A DNA stretch of 39,724 nucleotides from Shigella phage ESh7, in sequence record ON528720. One strand, given 5' to 3'. Both the position numbers and the translations under genes were made by a program. Position 1 is the first letter of the stretch. Each line of letters starts with the position of its first letter. Positions 1 through 10,054 of this stretch are shown here, piece after piece. The notes under the pieces were generated by a model, which was not told the origin of the DNA, searched no databases, and saw nothing but the letters and a program-made list of their open reading frames with translations.

Positions 1-22
1 CACAGAAACGGGAGTGGAACTA

Positions 23-298
23 ATGATGGGACGCATCTATAGCGGCAACCTGAACGATTACAAAGACGCGGTAGCGCGTCTACAGGAAGACCATGACGTG
101 ACCGTGAAGGTGGAGCCATTCAGCTATGAAAACCCAGCGAAGATGTGCAGGTCATCCGGTGAGGTTCTCCGCGTGTTCACACGCTCAGGGCATCCGGTGG
201 CATCCAGAACCTTCGAGCATAGCGACAGCGATGTACAAATCAACGCGCAGACTGCATGGCTCCGCAAGGTTCACAGCGATTTGAAACACTGGAAGTAA
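23..298 (+). CDS. 1.2: gene 1.2 homolog (host dGTPase inhibitor family of T7)
   Basis: ORF MMGRIYSGNL...DLKHWK; N-terminal MGR-YSGNL and C-terminal DxLKxWK match my recollection of T7 gp1.2; sits between gene 1.1 and ligase. ORF-track start at 14 is GTG; ATG at 23 or 26 is more likely. Confidence 0.65.
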   Translation: MMGRIYSGNLNDYKDAVARLQEDHDVTVKVEPFSYENPAKMCRSSGEVLRVFTRSGHPVASRTFEHSDSDVQINAQTAWLRKVHSDLKHWK

Positions 299-318
299 TA
301 ACCCTCACTAACAGGAGA
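296..318 (+). promoter_or_regulatory. T3 RNA polymerase promoter (variant ...CCCTCACTAACAGGAGA)
   Basis: Match to T3 promoter consensus AATTAACCCTCACTAAAGGGAGA with AACAGGAGA initiation-region variant. Confidence 0.7.
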
Positions 319-320
319 AT

Positions 321-377
321 CCTCAAGGTCACTTAACATGAGTGGCCTTTGTGATTCGAACTGATTAACTTTCAACC
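321..377 (+). promoter_or_regulatory. RNase III-type processing hairpin (R1.3-like)
   Basis: CTCAAGGTC...GTGGCCTTTGTGATT motif shared with six other intergenic sites in this window; resembles T7 RNase III sites. Confidence 0.5.
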
Positions 378-378
378 A

Positions 379-1410
379 ATGAGGAACAACCGTATGAACA
401 TCTTCAAGACCAACCCATTCAAAGCTGTGTCATTCGTAGAGTCTGCCGTGAAGAAAGCCCTTGACAATGCTGGTTATTTGATTTGCGATATCAAATATGA
501 TGGCGTGCGTGGTAACATTGTGGTTGACAACGTGGCTGAGGCCGCATGGCTGTCCCGTGTGTCCAAGTTCATCCCGGCGCTGGAACATCTGAACGGTTTC
601 GATAAGCGCTGGCAACAACTGATGAATGATGACCGCTGCATTTTCCCGGACGGCTTCATGCTGGATGGTGAACTGATGGTCAAAGGCGTAGACTTCAACA
701 CAGGGTCTGGCCTACTGAGAACAAAGTGGCTCAAGAAGAACAACTGCATGTTTGACCGTGGTGGTGTTGAGCCGCTGAAAGGTTCAAAAGTAGCCTTTGA
801 GTTAGACCCTAAGCGCCTGAGTGTGCGCCTGTATGCGGTCATGCCGATTCACATTGCGGAGTCTGGTGAGGACTACGATGTGCAGAACCTGCTGATGCCG
901 TATCATGTGGAAGCCATGCGCTCTCTTCTGGTTGAATACTTCCCGGAAATCGAGTGGCTTATCGCTGAGACCTACGAGGTCTACGATATGGATTCACTGA
1001 GTGAACTGTACGAGGCCAAGCGTGCAGAAGGCCACGAGGGTCTCATTGTGAAAGACCCACAAGGCATCTACAAGCGAGGCAAGAAGTCTGGCTGGTGGAA
1101 ATGCAAGCCTAATGACGAAGCCGATGGTATTATTCAGGGTGTCAATTGGGGTACGCCGGGTCTTGCAAACGAAGGTAAAGTTATCGGGTTCTCTGTGCTT
1201 CTTGAGACTGGTCGTCTGGTTGACGCCAACAACATCTCTCGCGCATTGATGGATGAGTTTACCGCGAATGTTAAAGAACATGGCGAGGATTACTACAACG
1301 GGTGGGCCTGCCAGATTGGATATATGGAGGAAACACCCGATGGCTCATTGCGACACCCCTCATTCACCTGCTTCCGAGGAACTGAGGACAATCCACAAGA
1401 GAAAGTATAA
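379..1410 (+). CDS. 1.3: ATP-dependent DNA ligase
   Basis: 343 aa; adenylation motif KYDGVRG (lysine in ICDIKYDGVRG); position after gene 1.2 as in T7/T3. Confidence 0.9.
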   Translation: MRNNRMNIFKTNPFKAVSFVESAVKKALDNAGYLICDIKYDGVRGNIVVDNVAEAAWLSRVSKFIPALEHLNGFDKRWQQLMNDDRCIFPDGFMLDGELMVKGVDFNTGSGLLRTKWLKKNNCMFDRGGVEPLKGSKVAFELDPKRLSVRLYAVMPIHIAESGEDYDVQNLLMPYHVEAMRSLLVEYFPEIEWLIAETYEVYDMDSLSELYEAKRAEGHEGLIVKDPQGIYKRGKKSGWWKCKPNDEADGIIQGVNWGTPGLANEGKVIGFSVLLETGRLVDANNISRALMDEFTANVKEHGEDYYNGWACQIGYMEETPDGSLRHPSFTCFRGTEDNPQEKV

Positions 1411-1813
1411 GTTAGACCGGGAGGCTCCTTCGGGAGTCGCTTCCGCCTCTGGTAAACCTTTAGGGTATAAGCGGAAAGATGGCTACTGGATTCTCTCTTA
1501 TGGTGGCAAACAAATGCTGGCACATCGTGTGGTCTGGATGTTGACCCACGGTGAAATCCCGTAAGGTATGGTCATTGACCACATCAACAGGAACCCTAGT
1601 GATAACCGTATCGAAAACCTTCGGTGTGTCACTCAAGCTGTTAACTTATCGAATGTTGACGTCCGGTCTCATTGTTTAAGTGGCGAGAAGTATATTGCCC
1701 TTGACAAGAGAACCGGACGTTTTGCCGTTCGCATCAGGCGCAAATCCCACGGAACCTATGGAACCCTTGAGGAAGCTATAGCCGTGCGAGATGCTGCCAT
1801 TAACCCTCACTAA
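1409..1813 (+). pseudogene. HNH homing-endonuclease-like gene interrupted by in-frame TAA (1562-1564), no in-frame start codon downstream of ligase
   Basis: Frame-2 translation ...GYKRKDGYWILSYGGKQMLAHRVVWMLTHGEIP*GMVIDHINRNPSDNRIENLRCV... then AP2-like tail GRFAVRIRRKSHGTYGTLEEAIAVRDAA; classic HNH motif split by stop. Confidence 0.6.
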
Positions 1814-1820
1814 CAGGAGA
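1797..1820 (+). promoter_or_regulatory. T3 RNA polymerase promoter (AACAGGAGA variant)
   Basis: CATTAACCCTCACTAACAGGAGA; overlaps the end of the HNH reading frame. Confidence 0.7.
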
Positions 1821-1828
1821 CACACACC

Positions 1829-1906
1829 ATGTGGATTATCCTATTCGCTGTCGTCGCAACGCTTGGATTAATGGCTGCCGACGACAACATTTGGCCTGAT
1901 TGTTAA
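1829..1906 (+). CDS. small hydrophobic peptide (25 aa), hypothetical
   Basis: ATG 9 nt after AGGAGA; MWIILFAVVATLGLMAADDNIWPDC; position equivalent to T7 small genes 1.4/1.5. Confidence 0.3.
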   Translation: MWIILFAVVATLGLMAADDNIWPDC

Positions 1907-1918
1907 GGAGACAACATC

Positions 1919-2176
1919 ATGCGTTTACACTTCAACACATCAAATGGTATCTTTTCTGTTCGCCGTGAAGACCGCTCTACAGCAGTGGCCTCTGAGCGCA
2001 ACGCTAAGCTGCCGCTGATTGGCTCTGTCGTCCCACTGTCGCCGCGTGTTCACCTACTAATCACTCGTGGAGAGTTCATTAAGGCGATGAATAAAGAGCG
2101 CCCGCATCTGGAAGCAGTGGTCACTTACTGGCCTCGCATCCGTCTGTTCGTTAAGTGGATTAAGGAGGTGCTGTAA
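1919..2176 (+). CDS. 1.6: gene 1.6 homolog, hypothetical protein
   Basis: 85-aa ORF in the position of T7 gene 1.6; RBS AAGGAGA upstream. Confidence 0.55.
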   Translation: MRLHFNTSNGIFSVRREDRSTAVASERNAKLPLIGSVVPLSPRVHLLITRGEFIKAMNKERPHLEAVVTYWPRIRLFVKWIKEVL

Positions 2177-2667
2177 TGTTACAACATCATTGGAACAAAC
2201 CAGACTTAGAGGCTCGCTTCCCGGTTAACTCTGTTGTGCGATACTCCGGCGGTGGCCTCAAGCGCATCTTAGGTATGAGCGGAGTGGTAACTGGTCACTC
2301 GCATACAGGTAGCGTTAAGGTTCGCTTCGGTACGCAGCACGCTGAGGTTCTTCCGAACAACCTGATTCCGCTACCTAAAGCTTACGTTAAGCCTCCGAAC
2401 GTGGAAGCACCGAAGACAGAAGTCAAGTCTGATGTTACCCATCCGAACCACTACATGTTGTTCGACAACGTGGAAGCCATTGAGGTTATCGCCCGGTCAA
2501 TGACCGTCGAGGCGTTCCGTGGGTACTGCTTAGGGAATATTTTGAAGTACCGCCTGCGTGCTGGTAAGAAATCCGAACTGGCAACGATGGAGAAAGACCT
2601 TAAGAAAGCGGCTTTCTATCAAGAACTGTTTGACAAACACCGGGGGCTGTGTTATGACGCTTCGTGA
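2176..2667 (+). CDS. 1.7: gene 1.7 homolog (T7 gp1.7 is a nucleotide kinase)
   Basis: 163-aa ORF, start overlaps 1.6 stop (ATGTTACAACATCATTGG); synteny. Confidence 0.6.
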   Translation: MLQHHWNKPDLEARFPVNSVVRYSGGGLKRILGMSGVVTGHSHTGSVKVRFGTQHAEVLPNNLIPLPKAYVKPPNVEAPKTEVKSDVTHPNHYMLFDNVEAIEVIARSMTVEAFRGYCLGNILKYRLRAGKKSELATMEKDLKKAAFYQELFDKHRGLCYDAS

Positions 2668-2800
2668 ATGCTGCGATTGGTGTGCCGCTAAGTGGAGCCA
2701 AGCTATTGAGGATGGTGACAAGGCGGCTGCTGACGCTTACCAACAAATGTACGCGCTGTGGGAGCGGCGCTTTAAGGAGGCTCAAAGTGGAGCAACGTGA
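2654..2800 (+). CDS. 1.8: gene 1.8 homolog, small Cys-containing protein (48 aa)
   Basis: [14 protein letters not shown]...; internal ATG of ORF 2558..2800; size equals T7 gp1.8 (48 aa, recollection). Confidence 0.5.
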   Translation: MTLRECCDWCAAKWSQAIEDGDKAAADAYQQMYALWERRFKEAQSGAT

Positions 2801-2951
2801 ACAGAAATACCTTCTGACGATAGAAGGCAACACCGAGTCCTTTGAGGTTCCGGTATTCGCCCGGTCTCTCGAAGAGGCAACGCTACAGGCTGAACATTAT
2901 GAGGACGCTGGGTTCGTAGTGACTCGCATCCGTCCAGAAGTGAAAGCCTAA
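2787..2951 (+). CDS. 2: gene 2 homolog, host RNA polymerase inhibitor
   Basis: GTG start 6 nt after AGGAGG; product ...[39 protein letters not shown] resembles T7 gp2 (...[35 protein letters not shown]...). Confidence 0.6.
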   Translation: MEQREQKYLLTIEGNTESFEVPVFARSLEEATLQAEHYEDAGFVVTRIRPEVKA

Positions 2952-2970
2952 TTACCCTCACTAAAGGGAA
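2948..2970 (+). promoter_or_regulatory. T3 RNA polymerase promoter
   Basis: CTAATTACCCTCACTAAAGGGAA. Confidence 0.75.
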
Positions 2971-3003
2971 CAACCCAATCATTAACCACAAAGGAGAAAC
3001 ATT

Positions 3004-3702
3004 ATGGCTGGTTTCAAGAAGAAAATTTACACCTCTGGTCTTGGCACTGCTGAGCCTTATGCTTATCTGAGTAAGCCGGATTATGGCAACGAAGAGCGTG
3101 GCTTCGGCAACCCACGTGGTGTCTATAAGGTAGACCTGACTCTTTCCAATAAAGACCCGCGCTGTCAGGCGATGGTCGATGAAATCGTGAAGTGTCACGA
3201 AGAGGCTTATGCTGCTGCCGTGGAAGAGTTCGAAGCTAACCCGCCGCAGGTACAGCGTGGTAAGAAACCACTGAAACCTTACGAGGGCGACATGCCGTTC
3301 TTCGATAACGGTGACGGTACGACTACCTTCAAGTTCAAATGCTATGCGTCTTTCCAAGACAAGAAGACCAAAGAGACAAAACACATCAATCTGGTCGTGG
3401 TCGATAGCAAAGGTAAGAAGATTCAGGAAGTGCCAATTATCGGTGGCGGCTCCAAGCTGAAAGTGAAATACTCTCTGGTGCCTTACAAGTGGAACACCGC
3501 TGTGGGCGCAAGCGTCAAGCTGCAACTGGAATCCGTGATGCTGGTCGAACTGGCTACCTTCGGTGGTGGTAGTGAAGATGAGTGGGCCGATGAAGTCGAA
3601 GATGGTGGTTACACTGCGAGTGAATCCCGTCAGTCCCGCGATGAGCAGGAGTGGCAGGAAGACGAGCACGAAGAAACCCCGGATGATGACGAGGATTTTT
3701 AA
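3004..3702 (+). CDS. 2.5: single-stranded DNA-binding protein
   Basis: 232 aa, acidic C-terminal tail ending DDDEDF as in T7 gp2.5; synteny. Confidence 0.9.
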   Translation: MAGFKKKIYTSGLGTAEPYAYLSKPDYGNEERGFGNPRGVYKVDLTLSNKDPRCQAMVDEIVKCHEEAYAAAVEEFEANPPQVQRGKKPLKPYEGDMPFFDNGDGTTTFKFKCYASFQDKKTKETKHINLVVVDSKGKKIQEVPIIGGGSKLKVKYSLVPYKWNTAVGASVKLQLESVMLVELATFGGGSEDEWADEVEDGGYTASESRQSRDEQEWQEDEHEETPDDDEDF

Positions 3703-3705
3703 ACC

Positions 3706-4176
3706 ATGAACCTGCGGGAGAAACTGGAGGCTTACTCTAAGGTGTCTCCCTCTGGTTGCTGGGAGTGGCGGCGAGCCACTGCTGGGAATGGTTATTGTTT
3801 AATATCCATAGGTCGCCAGCGTCAAGCATATGCGCACAGGGTATCATACTTCGTCTTCAATGAGCCAATTTCCGAAGGTCTTGTCATTAGACATAAGTGT
3901 GATAACCCTTGCTGTGTTAACCCTGAGCACCTAGAAGTTGGGACTCAGGCAGACAACATGCGGGACTGTAAGAAGCGTGGTCGTTTATCCGCGCCACCAG
4001 TAGCGAGAGGTGTACACAATCACAAGACTAAGCTGACCGATGAACAGGTAGCCTACATTGTGAACTCCACCAAGAGTAGCCGCGAGTTAGCCAACGAGTT
4101 TGGAGTATCGCCGCAGGCTATAAACTGGAGGAAGAGACAATGGCAGGCTACGTCGCAAAAGGAATCCGAAAAGTAG
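3706..4176 (+). CDS. HNH endonuclease with C-terminal helix-turn-helix region (gene 2.8 position)
   Basis: GCWEW...NGYC...HRVSY...HKCDNPCCVNPEHLEVGTQADN HNH motif; C-terminal TDEQVAYIVNSTKSSRELANEFGVSPQAINWRKRQW resembles HTH. Confidence 0.75.
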   Translation: MNLREKLEAYSKVSPSGCWEWRRATAGNGYCLISIGRQRQAYAHRVSYFVFNEPISEGLVIRHKCDNPCCVNPEHLEVGTQADNMRDCKKRGRLSAPPVARGVHNHKTKLTDEQVAYIVNSTKSSRELANEFGVSPQAINWRKRQWQATSQKESEK

Positions 4177-4589
4177 GTTCCTTCCGTTCTGGACTTGAAG
4201 ATAAAGTCCACAAACAACTGGAGGCTCGTGGGGTAAAAGCTGAATATGAAATGTGGAAGATTCCATATGTTATACCAGCCAGTAATCACACGTACCGACC
4301 AGATTTTATTTTACCCAATGGAATCATTGTCGAGACCAAGGGACTGTGGGAATCTGATGACCGGAAGAAGCACTTGCTAATCCGTGAGCAGTATCCTGAA
4401 CTGGACATTCGTCTGGTGTTCTCTTCGAGTCGTACCAAAATCTACAAAGGGTCTCCAACTTCTTACGCCGAGTTCTGCGAGAAGAAAGGGATTCTCTTTG
4501 CCGACAAACTGATACCCGTCGAATGGCTCAAGGAGCCTAAGCGGGACGTACCGTGGGAGAAACTAATTCGTGTAAAGGAGAAAAAGTAA
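4140..4589 (+). CDS. 3: endonuclease I (Holliday junction resolvase)
   Basis: 149 aa, MAGYVAKGIRKVGSFRSGLEDKV... near-identical in pattern to T7 gp3 as I recall it. Confidence 0.9.
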   Translation: MAGYVAKGIRKVGSFRSGLEDKVHKQLEARGVKAEYEMWKIPYVIPASNHTYRPDFILPNGIIVETKGLWESDDRKKHLLIREQYPELDIRLVFSSSRTKIYKGSPTSYAEFCEKKGILFADKLIPVEWLKEPKRDVPWEKLIRVKEKK

Positions 4590-5045
4590 ATGGCTAAAGT
4601 TCAATTCAAACCGAGAGCAACCACTGAGGCAATCTTCGTGCACTGCTCTGCGACTAAACCAAGTCAGAACGTAGGCGTTCGTGAGATTCGCCAGTGGCAT
4701 AAAGAGCAAGGTTGGCTCGATTGCGGATATCACTTCATCATCAAGCGTGATGGCACTGTGGAAGCAGGTCGTGATGAACTGGCTGTAGGTTCCCACGCTA
4801 AGGGCTACAATCACAACTCTATTGGTGTCTGCCTTGTAGGGGGTATCGACGATAAAGGTAAGTTTGACGCTAACTTTACTCCAGCCCAAATGCAATCTCT
4901 TCGCTCACTGCTGGTCACACTTCTGGCTAAGTACGAAGGGTCTGTCCTACGTGCTCATCACGATGTTGCACCTAAAGCCTGCCCATCCTTCGACTTGAAG
5001 CGCTGGTGGGAGAAGAGCGAACTGGTTACATCTGACCGAGGGTGA
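4590..5045 (+). CDS. 3.5: N-acetylmuramoyl-L-alanine amidase (T7 lysozyme, RNAP inhibitor)
   Basis: 151 aa, MAKVQFKPRATTEAIFVHCSATKPSQN... matches T7 gp3.5 pattern. Confidence 0.9.
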   Translation: MAKVQFKPRATTEAIFVHCSATKPSQNVGVREIRQWHKEQGWLDCGYHFIIKRDGTVEAGRDELAVGSHAKGYNHNSIGVCLVGGIDDKGKFDANFTPAQMQSLRSLLVTLLAKYEGSVLRAHHDVAPKACPSFDLKRWWEKSELVTSDRG

Positions 5046-5049
5046 TACC

Positions 5050-5157
5050 ATGAGGATGATTTGCATTCGTTGTGACAAGCCTTTGAAGAGTCGCGTACCA
5101 TCACGTCAGTGTCAGTGCAAAGACCCAATCAAGGCTGAGGAACACACCGAGAAGTAA
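5050..5157 (+). CDS. Cys-rich mini-protein (35 aa), hypothetical
   Basis: MRMICIRCDKPLKSRVPSRQCQCKDPIKAEEHTEK; CxxC...CxC; start overlaps 3.5 stop; no strong RBS. Confidence 0.3.
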   Translation: MRMICIRCDKPLKSRVPSRQCQCKDPIKAEEHTEK

Positions 5158-5177
5158 TTAACACTCACTAAAGGGAT
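5155..5177 (+). promoter_or_regulatory. T3 RNA polymerase promoter (variant AACACTCACTAAAGGGA)
   Basis: TAATTAACACTCACTAAAGGGAT; one mismatch in the conserved CCCTCACTA core. Confidence 0.55.
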
Positions 5178-5179
5178 GA

Positions 5180-6972
<1,793 letters not shown>

Positions 6973-6974
<2 letters not shown>

Positions 6975-6995
6975 TTAACCCTCACTAACGGGAAC
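6973..6995 (+). promoter_or_regulatory. T3 RNA polymerase promoter (AACGGGA variant)
   Basis: AATTAACCCTCACTAACGGGAAC. Confidence 0.7.
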
Positions 6996-7020
6996 AACCT
7001 CAAACCATAGGATACACAGC

Positions 7021-7233
7021 ATGTTTAAATTCATTAACGCTTTAGGTAAGCTGGTAGTTAAACTGTACTTCATCGAAGCCAAGAAGCTGGACAAGAAGGC
7101 CAAAGCTGATTCACAGCGAGCCATTGAGTTGGAGAAACAGTCCCGTGAGAAATCCGATGCGGCTGTTAGTGGCATCCACAAGTCGGCAGCGATTGCAGCT
7201 AAAGCACAGTCCATGAGCAAATTCTTTGAGTAA
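7021..7233 (+). CDS. 4.3: gene 4.3 homolog, hypothetical
   Basis: 70-aa ORF, same size and position as T7 gp4.3. Confidence 0.5.
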   Translation: MFKFINALGKLVVKLYFIEAKKLDKKAKADSQRAIELEKQSREKSDAAVSGIHKSAAIAAKAQSMSKFFE

Positions 7234-7245
7234 GGAGCGAACACT

Positions 7246-7530
7246 ATGAGCAAATCAATCACCCACGCAAACACCATCCGTCTGCCAGACACCGCTGACC
7301 AGTTCTCCCGCCGAGTACACATCAATGTACGCGGTGAGAAGGTCACGATGGTCTACCGCTGGAAAGACCACAAGTCTCCGAAAGCACACACTCAACGCAT
7401 GACCTTGGATGACAAGCAGGTCGGTCGCCTGATGGGTGCCCTGACTATGGCTGCTGACAAGGTGGTCGGTGATAACCGTGAGCGTCTGGTAGAGTTTGGC
7501 GCTGGTATGCAAGAGATTATCGAGAAGTGA
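7246..7530 (+). CDS. 4.5: gene 4.5 homolog, hypothetical
   Basis: 94-aa ORF with RBS AAGGAG; synteny. Confidence 0.5.
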   Translation: MSKSITHANTIRLPDTADQFSRRVHINVRGEKVTMVYRWKDHKSPKAHTQRMTLDDKQVGRLMGALTMAADKVVGDNRERLVEFGAGMQEIIEK

Positions 7531-7575
7531 TAAACTCAAGGTCGCCCAAGGGTGGCCTTTATGATTATCATTTAA
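7531..7575 (+). promoter_or_regulatory. RNase III-type processing hairpin upstream of gene 5
   Basis: AAACTCAAGGTCGCCCAAGGGTGGCCTTTATGATTATCA shares the ACTCAAGGTC...GGCCTTTATGAT motif. Confidence 0.45.
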
Positions 7576-7597
7576 TGAGAAACTATAGGAGGGCATT

Positions 7598-9712
7598 ATG
7601 CTCGTAAGTGACATTGAGGCCAACAACCTCTTAGAGAAAGTCACCAAGTTTCACTGTGGCGTTATCTATGACTACCGTGATGGTGAGTACCATAGCTATC
7701 GTCCGGGCGACTTCGGGGCGTATCTGGATGCGCTGGAAGCCGAGGTGAAGCGAGGTGGGCTTATTGTTTTCCATAACGGTCACAAGTATGACGTTCCGGC
7801 TTTAGAGAAACTCGCAAAGCTGCAACTCAATCGTGACTTCAAGTTACCCCGTGAGAATTGTATTGACACATTGGTACTCTCGCGTTTACTTCATGCGAAC
7901 CTTAAAGACACAGACATGGGGCTTCTTCGTTCCGGGAAACTACCCGGTCGTCGCTTCGGGTCTCACGCTCTGGAGGCATGGGGTTATCGCTTGGGCGAGA
8001 TGAAGGGCGAATACAAGGACGACTTCAAGGCTATGCTGGAAGAGCAGGGCGAAGAATATGTTGATGGTGCTGAGTGGGTTTCATTCAACGAGCCGATGAT
8101 GGCGTATAACGTTCAAGACGTTGTGGTCACTGTCAAGCTCTTCGAGAAATTACTGAGTGACCTCCACTACTTCCCTGCTGGTATGGACTTCACGAAGTAC
8201 GATGCGGATTTATTCTGGCGTGAAGCTGGTGAGTCTGTGGATATTGAACATCGTGCAGCATGGCTTTTAGCGAAGCAGGAGCGTAATGGCTTCCCATTCA
8301 ACACCAAGGCAATTGAGGAACTTTATGTAGAACTTGCAGCGAAACGCGCCGAACTTCTTAGAAAGCTAACCGAAACGTTTGGCTCGTGGTATCAACCGAA
8401 AGGTGGTAAGGAACTCTTCAAGCACCCACGGACAGGCAAGCCGCTGCCGAGTTATCCTCGCGTGGTCTATCCGAAACATGGTGGCGTGTACAAGAAGCCT
8501 CGTAATAAGGCACAGCGCGAAGGTCTTGAACCTTGCGACTTGGACACGAGGGATTACATGGAGGGTGCTCCGTATACTCCGGTAGAGTTCGTTACGTTCA
8601 ATCCAAGTAGCCGTGACCACATTCAGAAGAAACTACAGGAGGCCGGATGGGTTCCTGAGAAGTTCACCGAGAAGGGTGCGCCTGTGGTGGACGATGAGGT
8701 CTTGGAGCATGTACGAGTGGATGACCCTGAGAAGCAGGCGTGCATTGACTTGATTAAAGAGTACCTGATGATACAGAAGCGTATCGGTCAGGCGGCAGAA
8801 GGTGACAAAGCGTGGTTACGTTATGTTCAAGATGATGGTAAGATTCATGGAGCCGTTAACCCTAACGGTGCAGTTACTGGTCGTGCTACTCATAGTTTCC
8901 CAAACCTTGCACAAGTACCCGGCGTTCGTTCTCCTTACGGGGAGCAGTGTCGTAGCGCTTTTGGTGCTGAACATCATTTGGATGGGATTACTGGCAAGCC
9001 GTGGGTTCAAGCGGGGATAGACGCCAGTGGCTTAGAGTTGCGCTGTCTGGCACACTTCATGGCTCGCTTCGACAACGGAGAGTATGCGAATGAGATTCTC
9101 AACGGTGACATTCACACCAAGAACCAGAACGCTGCGGAACTCCCAACGCGAGACAACGCCAAGACCTTCATTTACGGGTTCCTTTACGGAGCCGGAGATG
9201 AGAAGATTGGTCAGATTGTTGGGGCAGGGAAGGAGCGCGGGAAGGAACTCAAGAAGAAATTCTTAGAGAACACCCCGGCGATTGCAGCGCTACGAGAAGC
9301 TATCCAACAGTCTCTCGTTAAGTCTTCCGCTTGGATTGGTGGTGAGCAGAAAGTCCAGTGGAAGCGCCGTTGGATTAAAGGTCTGGATGGTCGCAAGGTT
9401 CACGTCAGGTCTCCACACGCAGCGCTCAACACATTGTTGCAGTCTGCTGGTGCTCTGATTTGTAAGCTGTGGATTATCAAGACCGAAGAGATGCTCATTG
9501 AGAAAGGCTTGAAGCACGGCTGGGATGGTGACTTTGCGTACATGGCTTGGGTTCATGATGAAGTCCAGATTGCGTGTCGCACCGAAGAGGTAGCCAAGGT
9601 CGTCGTAGAGGTAGCTCAAGAGGCTATGCGATGGGTTGGTGAACATTGGAACTTCCGTTGCCGCTTAGACACAGAGGGTAAGATTGGCCCGAACTGGGCG
9701 GTTTGTCACTAA
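7598..9712 (+). CDS. 5: DNA polymerase
   Basis: 704 aa (same as T7 gp5); exonuclease and polymerase motifs; FHNGHKYDVP, YGFLYGAG. Confidence 0.95.
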   Translation: MLVSDIEANNLLEKVTKFHCGVIYDYRDGEYHSYRPGDFGAYLDALEAEVKRGGLIVFHNGHKYDVPALEKLAKLQLNRDFKLPRENCIDTLVLSRLLHANLKDTDMGLLRSGKLPGRRFGSHALEAWGYRLGEMKGEYKDDFKAMLEEQGEEYVDGAEWVSFNEPMMAYNVQDVVVTVKLFEKLLSDLHYFPAGMDFTKYDADLFWREAGESVDIEHRAAWLLAKQERNGFPFNTKAIEELYVELAAKRAELLRKLTETFGSWYQPKGGKELFKHPRTGKPLPSYPRVVYPKHGGVYKKPRNKAQREGLEPCDLDTRDYMEGAPYTPVEFVTFNPSSRDHIQKKLQEAGWVPEKFTEKGAPVVDDEVLEHVRVDDPEKQACIDLIKEYLMIQKRIGQAAEGDKAWLRYVQDDGKIHGAVNPNGAVTGRATHSFPNLAQVPGVRSPYGEQCRSAFGAEHHLDGITGKPWVQAGIDASGLELRCLAHFMARFDNGEYANEILNGDIHTKNQNAAELPTRDNAKTFIYGFLYGAGDEKIGQIVGAGKERGKELKKKFLENTPAIAALREAIQQSLVKSSAWIGGEQKVQWKRRWIKGLDGRKVHVRSPHAALNTLLQSAGALICKLWIIKTEEMLIEKGLKHGWDGDFAYMAWVHDEVQIACRTEEVAKVVVEVAQEAMRWVGEHWNFRCRLDTEGKIGPNWAVCH

Positions 9713-9730
9713 GGAGGACTTATTGGAGGC

Positions 9731-10054
9731 GTGGCTACACTAAGGTTCCACAAGATGCCGACCGGGTGTGTAGTCTGCGTTTCACATAAGCGCAATCACG
9801 ATGGCTACTTCCGGTACAGTATAGTGTCGTCCAGAAAGGGCGAGAAGAAATGCTTTATGTTTCACCGCTGGGTTTGGGAACGACACCGTGGGCCTATACC
9901 AGAAGGGTATGAGATAGACCACTTGTGTCTGAACCGTGGGTGCTGCAACGTAGAACACCTGCAGTGCATCCCGAAGCGTGAGCACATAATCAAAACCAAC
10001 AAAGAGCACAAGCTCGTAAAGGAGAAACATTATGGCAATGACCAAACACTTTAA
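9731..10054 (+). CDS. 5.3: HNH endonuclease (gene 5.3 position)
   Basis: HRWVWERHRGPIPEGYEIDHLCLNRGCCNVEHLQCIPKREH; start codon uncertain (GTG 9731 or ATG 9755). Confidence 0.7.
   Translation: MATLRFHKMPTGCVVCVSHKRNHDGYFRYSIVSSRKGEKKCFMFHRWVWERHRGPIPEGYEIDHLCLNRGCCNVEHLQCIPKREHIIKTNKEHKLVKEKHYGNDQTL

Noticed and set aside
14-298. GTG start at 14 for gene 1.2, and TTG start at 5195 for gene 4
   Set aside because: Downstream ATGs (23/26 and 5225) give N-termini matching T7 homologs (MGR-YSGNL; zinc-ribbon of gp4 with RBS AAGGAA); the upstream alternative starts are probably artefacts of longest-ORF calling.
1253-1564. ORF-track start at 1253 for the HNH N-terminal half
   Set aside because: That Met lies 158 nt inside the ligase gene in another frame with no RBS; the HNH-homologous part only begins after the ligase stop, so this start is unlikely to be real.
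2782-3669. 295-aa ORF on the minus strand
   Set aside because: Entirely antisense to gene 2.5 (SSB), which has strong homology support; no RBS; composition typical of antisense frames. The same reasoning applies to the minus-strand ORFs at 15428-16462 (antisense to capsid gene 10), 12109-12663, 10920-11549 and 6975-7346.
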